Part shown: piece by piece, positions 19,301-33,200 of the stretch | Position numbering within the stretch: the first letter of the stretch is position 1 | How the letters are laid out: each line of letters opens with the position of its first letter | NCBI RefSeq assembly: GCF_003918875.1 | Contig: NW_025767268.1 | Span: forward strand, 868,001 to 932,000 | Direction of reading: 5' to 3' | DNA from: Haliotis rubra | Lineage: Eukaryota | Length of the DNA: 64,000 bases | Notes under the pieces: model-generated | Told to the model about the DNA's origin: nothing | Databases searched by the model: none | What the model saw: the letters and a program-made list of their open reading frames with translations, nothing else | Position numbers and translations under genes: made by a program

Positions 19301-20343
19301 TGATCACAATCTTACTGACCTGATTTTCCCGTGTGACTTGCATTGTTTTATTCACAAGAGTTCATGACTTGTCTGCCGATTTATCTACAATGACTTATCT
19401 GACTGGTACTTCAATCTCACCGAGCTCAGTTGAGACATCACACACTTCCTACATCCCTCCACCCCTCAGTCTTCTAACACAGCAGAACTTGTACCATTCT
19501 ACAAATACACTGAGATAGGAGCAGTAGGTTACAGTGTTGATCCTTCCCCATCTAGCCAAAAGGTGTTAAAATGTTGCACTTGTTGTTACGATGCCTGCCT
19601 GTTTTTCATGATTAAGGGCATAAAAGTGGTCAGAGTCACTATTTAGAGTTAACATAAACTGCTAATACTATAAAACCTGCATAAATCTGGGTCCATATCC
19701 ACAGAGTAATCGTAATGTTACAATCTGTCATAACGCTTTTGTTTATCATAGGTTTAACGAGTGTCATAGTTACGTAGGTTTTGTGGATGGGGACCCACGA
19801 CTAGTACAAGTAACCATACAAACAAGTGCATACGCATGACTATTAAAGTTGTCATTGTATCCCAATTGTGTAGACTGATGCTCATGCTGTTGATCACTGG
19901 ATTGTCTGGGCCAGAGTCGATTATTTACAGACCAGCACCATATGGCTGGATTATTGCTGAAGTCACTCGCTCACTAAGTAAAATGACATTGGAACAGAAG
20001 TTAATCCCCATTTCACTTCTTTGGCAATGTACAACAAAATAACTACAACATGGCTGATGTATGGCTGACGTGTGGCTGATGTGACTCTGTGAGGTCCACC
20101 CATATGCTCCCTATGTTTTTTTGACACAGTTTTGTTTGGACAGTACGGAAATCTGGTATGAGGTATTATCTGCTGTAAATAACATTCCCACAGAAATACC
20201 ATGCTAAACAAACATGTCGAGGTTTAAATAATCTAAATATTGCTGTTGTGTTGCAGGGAGCTGGTCACATGGTGCCAACAGATCGGCCTGTTCCAGGGCT
20301 AGAGATGTTCAAGAGCTTCATCATGGGCCAGCCTCTAGTATAA
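10390..20343 (+). CDS. CTSA: Cathepsin A / lysosomal protective protein, copy 1 (12 coding exons, 472 aa)
   Basis: Exons 10390-10550, 11622-11733, 12295-12345, 12840-12926, 13736-13891, 14819-14910, 15372-15468, 16065-16235, 16848-17060, 17591-17677, 18310-18414, 20257-20343; all GT-AG, total 1419 nt. Signal peptide, [16 protein letters not shown] (Ser), NGDIDMACN (Asp), GAGHMVP (His). Confidence 0.96.
10750..11590. repeat. Tandem repeats in CTSA-1 intron 1 (including a roughly 103-bp triplication at 11250-11590)
   Basis: CACCAGGGTACCTGCC-containing units. Confidence 0.85.
13060..13430. repeat. About 37-bp minisatellite
   Basis: GATAGGGCCATGTACGTCTGCTCTTCAACCACTCAAA variants. Confidence 0.88.
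13472..13636 (-). mobile_element. SINE family A
   Basis: Homologous to 2375-2542. Confidence 0.85.
14007..14256 (-). mobile_element. SINE-like family B (no tRNA head), full length
   Basis: 12-bp TSD CAGTCATGGTAT (13995-14006 / 14257-14268); begins GACCCGTGAAGG; 3' tail shared with family A. Confidence 0.9.
15025..15155. repeat. 22-bp minisatellite
   Basis: ATAAATTATGTCAAATTGAATC. Confidence 0.9.
17086..17313 (+). mobile_element. SINE-like family B
   Basis: ACCCATGAAGATC...GTCGTAAGAGGCGACTAAC...(AAAC)n tail. Confidence 0.85.
18720..19260. repeat. 18/27-bp minisatellite
   Basis: TATAATCTGATTCACCTGACTCACCTG variants. Confidence 0.92.
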
Positions 20344-20849
20344 CTCTCCTAGCTTAATCTTCATTCAATGGCTACTTAGACTGGCATCTCTCAAACATAC
20401 TAATCAGTGATTATCTAGAGTGTCTCCATTCGTTACTCTGATACAGAAATATTTTATGCTTTGGAAAAATACTGATTGAAACAATCATGTGGGGGAAATT
20501 GTGTGTAAATGTACTGATGAGAGAGATGTCAAGTTGATGTCACTTCCCAAATGTTGAATGTCTTCAGGGTATTGATGATAGAGTGAAGATAAAATACCCT
20601 TGATGACTTGAGTCATGCCGTAGTATTTCGTGCAGATGTTGAGGGAATTTACTGAAACTTATCAACGGGAATGTCCCAACTATTTTAAAGTGAGAGTTTC
20701 TACTGTGTTCATCCAATGTGTTTGTTTTAGGCAGCTGAATGTGATACACATGGACAGAGGTTCAGTGTGCTATGGATGGATGCTAGTGTGTTGAACATTA
20801 CCTTTATCATGTTATTGTCATGGTGTTCCTAGCATTCCAGTGCAGGAAT

Positions 20850-23800
20850 CGGTATACATGGTGTTTTCCAGCAGTGTCACCCTGTATACATGGTGTCCAG
20901 GTACCCATAGCTGTCAGTATACATGGTGTCACAGCATAGTGTCTAAAGTATACATGGTGTCCAGCATCTAGTGTCAAGGTATACATGGTGTCCAGCATAG
21001 TGTCAGTATACATGGTGGTCCAAGCAGTGTCAACTATACATGGTGTTTTCCAGCATAGTGTCGGTATACATGGTGTCCAGCATATAGTGTTTTATATACA
21101 TGGTGTCCAGCATAGTGTCATTATCTCACATCATATACATGGTGTCCAGGAGTGCCAGATAGTGTCAGTATACATGGTGTCCAGCATTTCTAATTTCTTT
21201 TATTTCTTGTGTGTCAGTATACATGGTGTCCAGCATAGTGTCAGTATACATGGTGTCCAGCATATGTGTCAGTATACATGGTGTCAGTAGCATAGTGTCG
21301 GTATACATGGTGTCCAGCATAGTGTCAGTATACATGGTGTCCAGCATAGTGTCAGTATACATGGTGTCCAGCATAGTGCCAGTATACATGGTGTCCAGCA
21401 TAGTGTCAGTATACATGGTGTCCAGCATAGTGTCGGTATACATGGTGTCCAGCATAGTGTCGGTATACATGGTGTCCAACATAGTGTCGGTATACATGGT
21501 GTCCAGCATAGTGTCGGTATACATGGTGTCCAACATAGTGTCAGTATACATGGTGTCCAGCATAGTGTCGGTATACATGGTGTCCAGCATAGTGTCAGTA
21601 TACATGGTGTCCAGTATAGTGTCAGTATACATGGTGTCCAGCATAGTGTCAGTATACATGGTGTCCAGCATAGTGTCAGTATACATGGTGTCCAGCATAG
21701 TGTCGGTATACATGGTGTCCAGCATAGTGTCAGTATACATGGTGTCCAGCATAGTGTCAGTATACATGGTGTCCAGCATAGTGTCGGTATACATGGTGTC
21801 AAGTATAGTGGTGTCCAGCATAGTGTCAGTATACATGGTGTCCAGCATAGTGTCAGTATACATGGTGTAAGCATGGCGGTGTCGGTATGCATAGTGTCGG
21901 TATACATGGTGTCCAGCATAGTGTCAGTATACATGGTGTCCAGCATAGTGTCAGTATACATGGTGTCCAGCAGTATAGTGGTATACATGGTGTCCAGCAT
22001 AGTGTCCAGTATACATGGTGTCCAGCATAGTGTCGGTATACATGGTGTCAGTATACATGGTGTCCAGCATAGTGTCAGTATACATGGTGTCCAGCATAGT
22101 GTCAGTATACATGGTGTCCAGCATAGTGCCAGTATACATGGTGTCCAGCATAGTGTCAGTATACATGGTGTCCAGCATAGTGTCAGTATACATGGTGTCC
22201 AGCATAGTGTCAGTATACATGGTGTCCAGCATAGTGTCAGTATACATGGTGTCCAGCATAGTGTCAGTATACATGGTGTCCAGCATAGTGTCAGTATACA
22301 TGGTGTCCAGCATAGTGCCAGTATACATGGTGTCCAGCATAGTGTCAGTATACATGGTGTCCAGTATAGTGTCAGTATACATGGTGTCCAGCATAGTGTC
22401 AGTATACATGGTGTCCAGCATAGTGTCGGTATACATGGTGTCCAGCATAGTGTCAGTATACATGGTGTCCAGCATAGTGTCAGTATACATGGTGTCCAGC
22501 ATAGTGTCGGTATACATGGTGTCCAGTATAGTGTCGGTATACATGGTGTCCAGTATAGTGTCAGTATACATGGTGTCCAGCATAGTGTCAGTATACATGG
22601 TGTCCAGCATAGTGTCAGTATACATGGTGTCCAGCATAGTGTCCATACATGGTGTCCAGTGTGTCAGTATACATGGTGTCCAGCATAGTGTCCAGGTGTC
22701 CAGCATACATGGTGTCCAGCATATAGTGTCGGTATACATGGTGTCCAGCATAGTGTCGGTATACATGGTGTCCAGCATATGGTGTCAGTATACATGGTGT
22801 CCAGCATAGTGTCGGTATACATGGTGTCCAGCATAGTGGTGTCCAGCATAGTAGTATACATGGTGTCCAGTATATACATGGTGTCCAGCATACATGTGTC
22901 GGTGTCGGTATACATGGTGTCCAGCATAGTGTCGGTATACATGGTGTCCAGCATAGTGTCGGTATACGTATACATGGTGTCCAGCATAGTGTCGGTATAC
23001 ATGGTGTCCAGCATAGTGTCAGTATACATGGTGTCCAGCATAGTGTCGGTATACATGGTGTCCAGCATAGTGTCGGTATACATGGTGTCCAGCATAGTGT
23101 CGGTATACATGGTGTCCAGCATAGTGTCGGTATACATGGTGTCCAGCATAGTGTCGGTATACATGGTGTCCAGCATAGTGGTGTCAGTATACATGGTGTC
23201 CAGCATAGTGTCGGTATGGTGTCCATGTGTGGTCCAGTATAGTGTCGGTATACATGGTGTCCAGCATAGTGTCGGTATACATGGTGTCCAGCATAGTGTC
23301 GGTATACATGGTGTCCAGCATAGTGTCGGTATACATGGTGTCCAGCATAGTGTCGGTATACATGGTGTCCAGCATAGTGTCGGTATACATGGTGTCCAGT
23401 ATAGTGTCGGTATACATGGTGTCCAGCATAGTGTCGGTATACATGGTGTCCAGTATAGTGTCGGTATACATGGTGTCCAGCATAGTGTCAGTATACATGG
23501 TGTCATGGTGTCCAGCATACATGGTGTCCATACATACATGGTGTCCAGCATAGTGTCGGTATACATGGTGTCCAGCATAGTGTCAGTATACATGGTGTCC
23601 AGCATAGTGTCAGTATACATGGTGTCCAGCATAGTGTCGGTATACATGGTGTCCAGCATAGTGTCGGTATACATGGTGTCCAGCATAGTGTCGGTATACA
23701 TGGTGTCCAGCATAGTGTCGGTATACATGGTGTCCAGCATAGTGTCGTATACATGGTGTCCAGCATAGTGTCGGTATAGTGTCGGTATACCAGTATATAC

Positions 23801-25080
23801 ATGGTGTCCAGCATAGCGTCAGATATACAGTGTGTGTCCAGCATAGTGTCGGTATACATGGTGTCCAGCATAGTGTCGGTATACATGGTGTCCAGCATAG
23901 TGTCGGTATACATGGTGTCCAGCATAGTGTCCAGTATACATGGTGTCCAGCATAGTGTCGGTATACATGGTGTCCAGCATAGTGTCGGTATACATGGTGT
24001 CCAGCATAGTGTCAGTATACATGGTGTCCAGCATAGTGTCAGCATAGTGTCAGTATACATGGTGTCCAGCATATAGTGTCAGTATACATGGTGTCCAGCA
24101 TAGTGTCAGTATACATGGTGTCCAGTATAGTGTCGGTATACATGGTGTCCAGCATAGTCGGTATACAGTATACATGGTGTCCAGCATAGTGTCCAGTATA
24201 CATGGTGTCCACGGTATACATGGTGTCCAGTATAGTGTCATAGGTGTCCAACTTATACATGTATACATGGTGTCCAGTATAGTGTCATAGTGTCCAGCAT
24301 ACATCCAGCATAGTGTCCAGCATACGTGGTATGGTGTCCAGTATAGTGTCAGTATACATGGTGTCCAGCATAGTGTCGGTATACATGGTGTCCAGTATAG
24401 TGTCGGTATACATGGTGTCCAGTATAGTGTCAGTATACATGGTGTCCAGCATAGTGTCAGTATACATGGTGTCCAGTATAGTGTCGGTATACATGGTGTC
24501 CAGTATAGTGTCGGTATACATGGTGTCCAGCATAGTGTCAGTATACATGGTGTCCAGCATAGTGTCCAGGTATACATACATGGTGTCCAGTATAGTGTCG
24601 GTATACATGGTGTCCAGTATAGTGTCAGTGTCAGTATACATGGTGTCCAGCATAGTGTCGGTATACATGGTGTCCAGTCCAGCATAGGTGTCAGTATAGT
24701 GTCATGGTGTCCAGTATAGTGTCGGTATACATGGTGTCCAGCATAGTGTCGGTATACATGGTGTCGGTATACATGGTGTCCAGCATAGTGTCGTGTCTAG
24801 TATACATGGTGTCCAGCATAGTGTCGGTATACATGGTGTCCAGCATAGTGTCGGTATACATGGTGTCCAGCATAGTGTCGGTATACATGGTGTCCAGCAT
24901 AGTGTCGGTATACATGGTGTCCAGCATAGTGTCGGTATACATGGTGTCGAGTCATAGGTGTCCAGCATAGTGTCGGTATACATGGTGTCCAGCATAGTGT
25001 CGGTATACATGGTGTCCAGTGTAGTGTCGGTATACATGGTGTCGGTATACATAGTGTCCAGCATACCGTCGGTGTACATG
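20850..25080. repeat. 27-bp minisatellite, about 4.2 kb
   Basis: Unit GTATACATGGTGTCCAGCATAGTGTC(A/G). Confidence 0.98.
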
Positions 25081-25295
25081 GTGAAGAGCCGGGTTGGAAT
25101 TGGTCTTTTGTAACCCATGCTTGTCCAAATAGGTGACTAACGGGATCGTGTGGTCAGACTCGCTGACTTGGTTTACACATGTCATCGTACACATAGATCG
25201 ATATTCATGCTGTTGATCACTGAGTTGTCTGATTATTGACAGACCGCCGTCATATAGCTGGAATATTGCTGAGTGCGGCGTTTATCAAGAAACAA
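25080..25295 (+). mobile_element. SINE-like family B at the end of the 27-bp array
   Basis: Homology to 14007-14256. Confidence 0.8.
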
Positions 25296-27233
25296 AAATA
25301 TACAAACACGGTGTCCGGTATCGGTGTCCAGTAAGTGGGTCTCTATCAGAAGTGACGTATGCGTGTTCTGTCGGTGTTAAGATGTAGTTCGATATTCAGG
25401 TCACCAGAAGACGCGGAGACAGAGACCTGGAGATAGAGACCTGGAGATAGTCCTGTGATAGTCATGTGATGTATGTAAGATGTATCACTTGACCTGAGGG
25501 ACGCAGCAGGTAGGTATTATGTTTAATCCACTCTTCCCAGTCATCAAAACCCGTTACCCACACCCAGAGTCGCCTGACTTGTATATGTTAATACATGTAT
25601 ACGCTACAGTCTTGCTGTGTGAACGTTGACCCATCCCTCTCTCTCTGGTGTTAAATGTATGATATTGATACCAACACTGAATGTTATGCGAGTGCATATT
25701 TGATCTTGACTAAAGATCGTGAAGCATGGACAGTGGGTCGTGGCAACTTGGAATCCTGGGTCCCATAGAAACTATAAAGATAGTATGCTGAGAAAGTTCC
25801 CGTTTTGTACAACATCATATAAACTATAGGGCAAATTACAGTATACACACTTTTGATAGGGCCTAAAATGATACAAGAAATCGGCGTCCGATGATGAAGT
25901 GTCTGATGCGGGTAGTTGGTTAATGTATTTTGTCAGTTTCATTGTCCGTCAGTGTGAAGCTTAAGGCACCTTTTCAATCACTGAAGTGATGTTAGAGACG
26001 TGTACGAATATGATACTAGAGCTAATACATACACCCATTCCGCCACCCCTCCCATCCTCAATCTAATGTATTGTAGGCTATGATTAGCAGGCATTCTTTT
26101 TGCGATGACATTCATCAAAAAAAGGAACATATCTAAATTTAACAGCAAACCATTTTTCAGCAAGAAGTATGTATAGCGCACATGTGTGATGCAAGTGTTC
26201 TGGCTCATTTGCATTCTTATGTGTTCGTCGCCCATTTCTGAGTGTCCCGTGCCGTGATGTTGCTGGAATTATTATCTTAGTAAAAGCGGCGTTTTGAAAC
26301 CAAACTCAGTCAGATCTCGAACTCACACCCTCAGAGTCAGGCACATATTTAAACTTAACAGCAAACCATTTTTCAGCAAGTATGTATAGTGCAAATGTGT
26401 GATGCGTGTTAAAAAATTTGTACTCATTTGCATTCTTAATGCCAAATTAACATCGTTACATTTGAACTTCACCTGAGTGGTGTAACGTATAGACAACGCA
26501 ATCCATCAATTTGCAATAGAGCAGCAAAATGTCGATGTTAGACCGCTCACCATTCTGCGTTGACCAGAACGTTTTATATCACCTTCGCCCATACCATGAA
26601 TTACAAAGAACCAGCTAACGCAGTGTAATGCCATGTAATGTATTGAACGGTCTGCCATTTATGCTGGAAAGCGATAGTCGCAGTCTTTTGTCCTTGTGAA
26701 CATCCCAAAGGAATTGACATACATTTTAGGAGGACATCTCGTAAAGCAGAAGTCCACTACCCGCAACTGCCTGTAATGTCCTGCTATACCGTAGGCCCAC
26801 GTCCAAATATAGCCGGTCTTACACTTTCACACAATCTTAACATGGCGTGGCTCGTACGTCATCCAATACGAATATGTATGGGTAACACACAAGTGATCAA
26901 GTGATGTACTCATAATTGATTGAAGCGACCGTTAAATACCAGTTTCTGAATGGGGAAGGCTAACATCTTCTCTATAACAGTGAGAGCGACGTAATAAAGA
27001 AGTTGTTCATCTGTATATTGTTATCCTTCCTTACTGCTCCAACTTCTAAATGCCTCTCAAAGAAGTTATCAGTTTCTGGATGGTCCACACGGAATACTTG
27101 ACTGATCTTCACCTGTGCCATTCAAACTGTGATTGATATCTGAAACTTTGTATGTCTATCTGATTTGTCTTTCCATCAAATATGAGACACTTACAGGTAT
27201 ACCCGTCAACAATCAGTCGAGCGTCCGGACATC

Positions 27234-30200
27234 ATGACCTCCTGGCTATTGGTCCTCGCTGTCCTCGCCCTGGGTGCACGCGCAGCTGTACCAGAGGACG
27301 AGATCACAGAGTTGCCCGGATTGAGTCGACTCCCCAGCTGGAAGCAGTACTCTGGCTTTCTGAAGGCCTCGGGAACCAGGAAGCTGCACTACTGGTGAGA
27401 ACACCCGGTGGAAATATATATTGATGTGAAAACACCTGGTGGTAATAAACGTTACTGTAAGAACACCTGGTGGTAACAAATGTTGCTGTGAGAACACCTG
27501 ATGGTAACACATGTTGCTGTGAGAACACCTGGTGGTAATAAACGTTGCTGTGAGAACACCTGTGGTAATAAACGTTGCTGTGAGAACACCTGGTGGTAAC
27601 AAATGTTGCTGTGAGAACACCTGGTGGTAACAAATGTTGCTGTGAGAACACACCTGGTGGTAATAACTGTTGCTGTGAGCACACCCGGTGGTAAAAAATG
27701 TTGCTGATAACACCCGGTGGTAACAAATAATGGTGGTTTGAGAACACCTGGTGGTAATAAATGGTGCTGTGGAGAACACCCGGTGGTAATAAATGTGTTG
27801 TGAGGCACACCTGGTGGTAGTAAATGTTGCTGTGAGAACACCTGGTGGTAATAAATGGTGTGTGAGCACACCTGGTGGTAATAAATATTGCTGTGAGAAC
27901 ACCTGAGGGTGGTAAATATGGTGCTGTGAGAACACCTGGTGGTAACACATGGTGCTGTGGAGAACACCTGGTGGTAATAATGTTGCTGTGAGAACACCTG
28001 GTGGTAATAATGGTGTTGTGAGAACACCTGGTGGTAATAATGTTGCTGTGAGAACACCTGGTGGTAATGATGGTGCTGTGAGAACACCTGGTGGTAATGA
28101 TGGTGCTGTGAGCACACCTGGTGGTAATAATGGTGCTGTGAGCACACCTGGTGGTAATAATGGTGCTGTGAGCACACCTGGTGGTAATGATGGTGTTGTG
28201 AGAGCACCTGGTGGTAATAATGGTGCTGTAATACCTGGTGTTGCTGTGAGAACACCTGGTGGTAATAATGTTGCTGTGAGCACACCTGGTGGTAGTAAAT
28301 ATTGCTGTGAGAGCACCTGGTGGTAATAATGTTGCTGTTGTGAGCACACCGGTGGTAATAATGGTTGCTGTGAGCACACCTGGTGGTAATAATGGTGCTG
28401 TGAGCACACCTGGTGGTAATAATGGTGCTGTGAGAACACCTGGTGGTAATAATGGTGCTGTGAGAACACCTGGTGGTAATAATGTTGCTGTGAGAACACC
28501 TGGTGGTAATAATGGTGCTGTGAGAACACCTGGTGGTAATAATGTTGCTGTGAGAACACCTGGTGGTAATAATGTTGCTGTGAGCACACCTGGTGGTAAT
28601 AATGGTGTTGTGAGAACACCTGGTGGTAATAATGGTGTTGTGAGAACACCTGGTGGTAATAATGGTGCTGTGAGAACACCTGGTGGTAATAATGTTGCTG
28701 TGAGAACACCCGGTGGTAATAATGTTGCTGGTGAGTAAATATTGCTATGCACCTGGTGGTAATAATGTTGTGAGCACACACGTGAGTAAAATATTGCTGT
28801 GACACCTGGTGGTAATAATGGTGCTGCTGTGAGAACACCCTGGTGGTAATAATGGTGCTGTGAGAACACCTGGTGGTAATAATGTTGTTGTGAGCACCTG
28901 GTGGTAGTAAATGTTGCTATGAGAGCACCTGGTGGTAATAATGTTGTTGTGAGAATACCTGGTGGTAAATAATGGTGTTCGGAACATCCTGGTGGTAATA
29001 ATGTTGCTGTGAGAATACCTGGTGGTAACAAAAACACACAACAAATGTTGTTGGCAACACCGAAAAGCCCTGTTGAAAATACCAAGTAGCAAGTAGGGCT
29101 CTCACAGGTCAAAATTTGGGACTCGAGTACTCGAAGGTACTGTCAGACCGACTGGACCCGAGTACCCGACAATTTGATGCTTATCTGAAACCAACGTTCA
29201 AGGTATACACGTAGCTGTTGTTGGAATACCAAATGTATATGAGTCTCAAAACGCGTTCTGAATAAAGCAATTGATGTTCAATGTCAATAGAAGTATCTAT
29301 TACCTTTCTATTATTGCAAACAGAATGTGAAGGCAACGTAAGTGTCACTGTGACCCAGTTCTACGCGATCAATTATGTGATTAATATTCATGAGCTGGGC
29401 CGGTGATACTTTACTACGCCTGTAAATGTTGTAATATGATTGGATGTGTCCGGGAAAAGAAACCAATCAATGTACTACTCTTTTCTTTTGGTTTTAAGTT
29501 TGACTGCGCTTTCAAGATTATCTAATATTAATATGTCGTTGCAGTTATGACATATCAGCAACTTTTAAACATTCACCTAGACGATAAGTCACATAATCAA
29601 TTAACCTTAATCACGGTTAAAATGCGGCAAAACACGTTCCAAAGCTGGAAGATACATAGAAGATACAAAGCATTCATTGATTGGTGCTGCATTAGATACT
29701 AGTATCTTGTAAAGATGGATCGACTATGGAACTTAAAGAATATGTAAAACAGGATTGATGTTTATTTGAGATTTCTTATAGTGAAAGAGTTTTGGTTTCA
29801 AACTAAAGACTAACCATTTATTGAGTAACACTACATTGTATTTCTTTTTCCGAAACTCTGCTGAACGGAGATCACGTGAATGGTATTCATTGTGATTAAA
29901 CTTTCACCTAGTAAGCATATAGGTCTCCAAGTGTGAATGTTATTTTGAATGCGTATGTATGTGTTGATTGTTGCTGAATATGCACCTGCTGGAAATACAC
30001 TGGATAAGAACGACTGAATATCTATGTAGAAAACAAGTTGTTCAAACATAGGTATAGTGGGCAGTGACAGTGACACAGCGGTGAGTAATACGCTTGTCCA
30101 CGCGTCCGTAGTTAGGGCAACGGCAGGTACTGTTTTGGTACTGATATTTTGTTCTCCCTTGCAAACTTCATACGTAATTATGAGGTAGTTGTGAATTGTC

Positions 30201-33200
30201 GCAGGTACATGGGACCTGGGTAATTTGGGTTCAATGGTTCACAGAAAGCCCTGAAACCTCCCTTTAAGAAGACTTAATGGTCGCATATCCTTAACGCGCA
30301 TAAGCATTGCTTTTTGCGTAATACCTTCATGCCATTTCCGCACTGTCAACAGGCTTGCGACTTTTGCTGTCAAACTTACCAAACTGCCCCAGCGTTGCTT
30401 GTTGAGCTGGTTTACAGTGCTTATTGTGGGTGCTTACAGGACAAATGCTTGCGCAACTAAGGGAAACGCCACAAAGACGGCATTTCGTATTTTGGCCACT
30501 AAATCAAGATAAAAATGCGTCCAGACATTGGATTTTTTCTCACGATCATCCATCTTGATTGCATGAGATGTTTAGAGGTATCTCCCCTGCGAGTCCTCGA
30601 GTCCAATCAATTGGACTCGAGTCCTGCTTTACCCGACTCGGCCCCGAGTACCCGAGTACTCGTGAGAGCCCTAGAAGCAAGGAAAAAACTGTTGTTTGGA
30701 ACGCCTCCTAGTATTCAGTGATTTCAGAGTGTATCTGCCTAATGTGACCCAAAATATAACAAATTGTAACGTGGTACGGCTACATCACTTTTGATAACTA
30801 CCTTCCTCGTTTTCCAACCATTAGAAATGAAACCCTTAATCAATTAATGTCCTCTAGGTTTGTTGAGTCTCAGAGTTCCACACCGAAGACGGACCCTGTT
30901 GTTCTGTGGCTGAATGGAGGACCCGGATGTAGCTCCCTACTGGGACTCCTCACAGAGAATGGGCCGTTCAGGGTGAGTCTCTAGTGTGAGTTGGTAGATA
31001 CCGGGACATTGCTCTTATAATTTCAGTAATGCTTAGAGGGCGCCGCCATAAACTTTACGGGCGTTGAACAGCAAAAGCAAGAAAGTAAGGGACCGTTCAT
31101 AATTTATGGCTGGGTTAGGGGTGGGGTGATTGGGGGTGATGATGATGATGATGATGATTTTAAGGGGGGTCACCCATTTTGTTCTAGGGAGGTAGGTGGG
31201 GTCATCAATTTTGTACATAAAAATATTTAAAATTTATGCTTTAAAAATATGGAAAGGGGGAGGGTGTGTGTCATTGACTTGTACATGACATGCAGGGGTC
31301 ACTTACTTAAATTCGTGCATACATTTTAGAGGGGGGGTAATTCACATTGTACATGCTTCTCCATAAAATCATCATCACCACAAAGTGATCAAATGACGTA
31401 ATTTCTAAGTCAAATGCATCAAACAAACTTATACAAAGGAGTCTTCGTAATTTTTCTGGTTTCACACTCATTGCAACTATCACTTCATGTCAAACAATTT
31501 ATGCTGAATGTGTTCGATCCTCTCTTTGTTACCTGACAGATAGCCTCAGACGGGGTGACGGTGCAGTACAACCCTCATAGCTGGAGTAAGGTGAGTACAC
31601 TGTATGGGGCAGGCATGAGTGATGAGTGCGTGCGTGCGTGTGTGTGTGTGTGTGTGTTGGGCATGAGTGTGAGTGCGTGCGTGCCTTTCTGCGTCAGCTT
31701 ATTGTGAGAAAGGACCGGAAGTGAGGCAGTTCCCAAATCTGTACAACTTGTGAAACCCCTGGTTTAATCAATCAATCAATCAACTTTATTTACAGCATGA
31801 CTAGCATTGTCAAATTCAACGTACATGTATTTCTGTTTTGTGCATGGCCTGTATATACTGAGTCAAAAGAAAACTTCACAAAATGTAATTTGAAAAATAA
31901 TGAATAATTTTTCTCTGATGATACATCTATGTATCCGAAATGGGATCTATCTTTCGACTCTAGAAAAACGTTAGCAAAACCCACTCAAACCCATCCATTC
32001 GTCGTGCAAATGACGTTGAGTGCCAAATCAGGTTTTGCACGTGCAGTCGATCACGTGATCTTCGCATCGAAGTTTTCTTCATATGCACGTGTTTGCATTG
32101 GCCTCAAGAATTGAAAAACACTTTTAAACCACAGTTCTAACGGTACTTGAAATGCCACGATTGTCAAATGTGCAACGTGAACGTGCCGTTGGCATGTTGC
32201 AAGCAGGAAGATCAGTTATTGACGTCGCAAGAGCAATGGGATGCAGCCGTCGTACTGTGTATGACTTGCGAGGTCGTCTACAACAAACTGGCACCACTTC
32301 TGATCGCCCAAGGTCGGGTCGTCCACGTGTGACGTCACGAGCAGAAGACCGTCAAATCGTCCTACGTCACCTACGTGACAGATTTCTGCCGGCTACACGA
32401 ACCAGGGCTGAGATGTTTAGAGGTCGACTGTCCTCACAGACCATTCGAAATCGGTTGCGGGCTGCCAATCTCCATTCTCGACGTCCATATCGTGGGCCAA
32501 TATTGACGCCGTTTCATCAACGTCAACGTCTGCTGTGGGCCCAACGTCACCTCCGATGGACCCAGAGACTGGAATCGAGTCGTCTTTAGCGATGAATCCA
32601 GGTTTACCCTCAGATTCGCGGACGGCAGGCATAGAGTCTGGAGACGACGTCGTGAACGGTATGCCCAATGTTGTGTACAGGAAGTCGACAGATTCGGGGG
32701 CGGAAGTTGCATGGTGTGGGGTGCTTTCTGTGGGAACAACCGTTCCCGACTTCTGGTCATCCGTGGAAACCTCACAGCTGCTGCTTACCGCGACCAGGTG
32801 CTCACCCCTGAACTCGTTCCTTTCATGGCGGCTCATGGCCCAGGTCTACAGTTCCAGCATGATAATGCTCGGCCGCATACCGCGATGTTGACACGAAATT
32901 TCCTTCAAAACGCTGGAATCAACGTCATGGACTGGCCATCGAGGTCCCCTGACCTTAATCAATAGAGCACGTTTGGGATGCACTTGGGAGAAGGCTTCGT
33001 GGTCTTAGGAACCAACCTCAGAATTTGCAGGAACTTGGCGCTGCCTTGCAAAAGCAATGGCGCAGAATCCCCAACCACGTGTTCACAAGCATCAGGCAGT
33101 CGATGAGGAGACGGTGTTTGGCAGTGGTGAATGCGCGGGGCGGCCATACACGATATTGAACTGAGAAATTTCGCATTTTATTCTTGTGACTTGACATTCT

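Noticed and set aside
20985-25194. Many long ORFs (MYTDTMLDT / VSSIVSVYM repeats)
   Set aside because: Translations of a 27-bp minisatellite that is open in several frames on both strands.
27246-29112. 530-aa and 602-aa His/Pro-rich minus-strand ORFs
   Set aside because: 30-bp minisatellite in an intron; frame-switching repeat, no domain.
32417-32891. Overlapping ORFs within the Tc1
   Set aside because: Alternative and antisense frames of the transposase.
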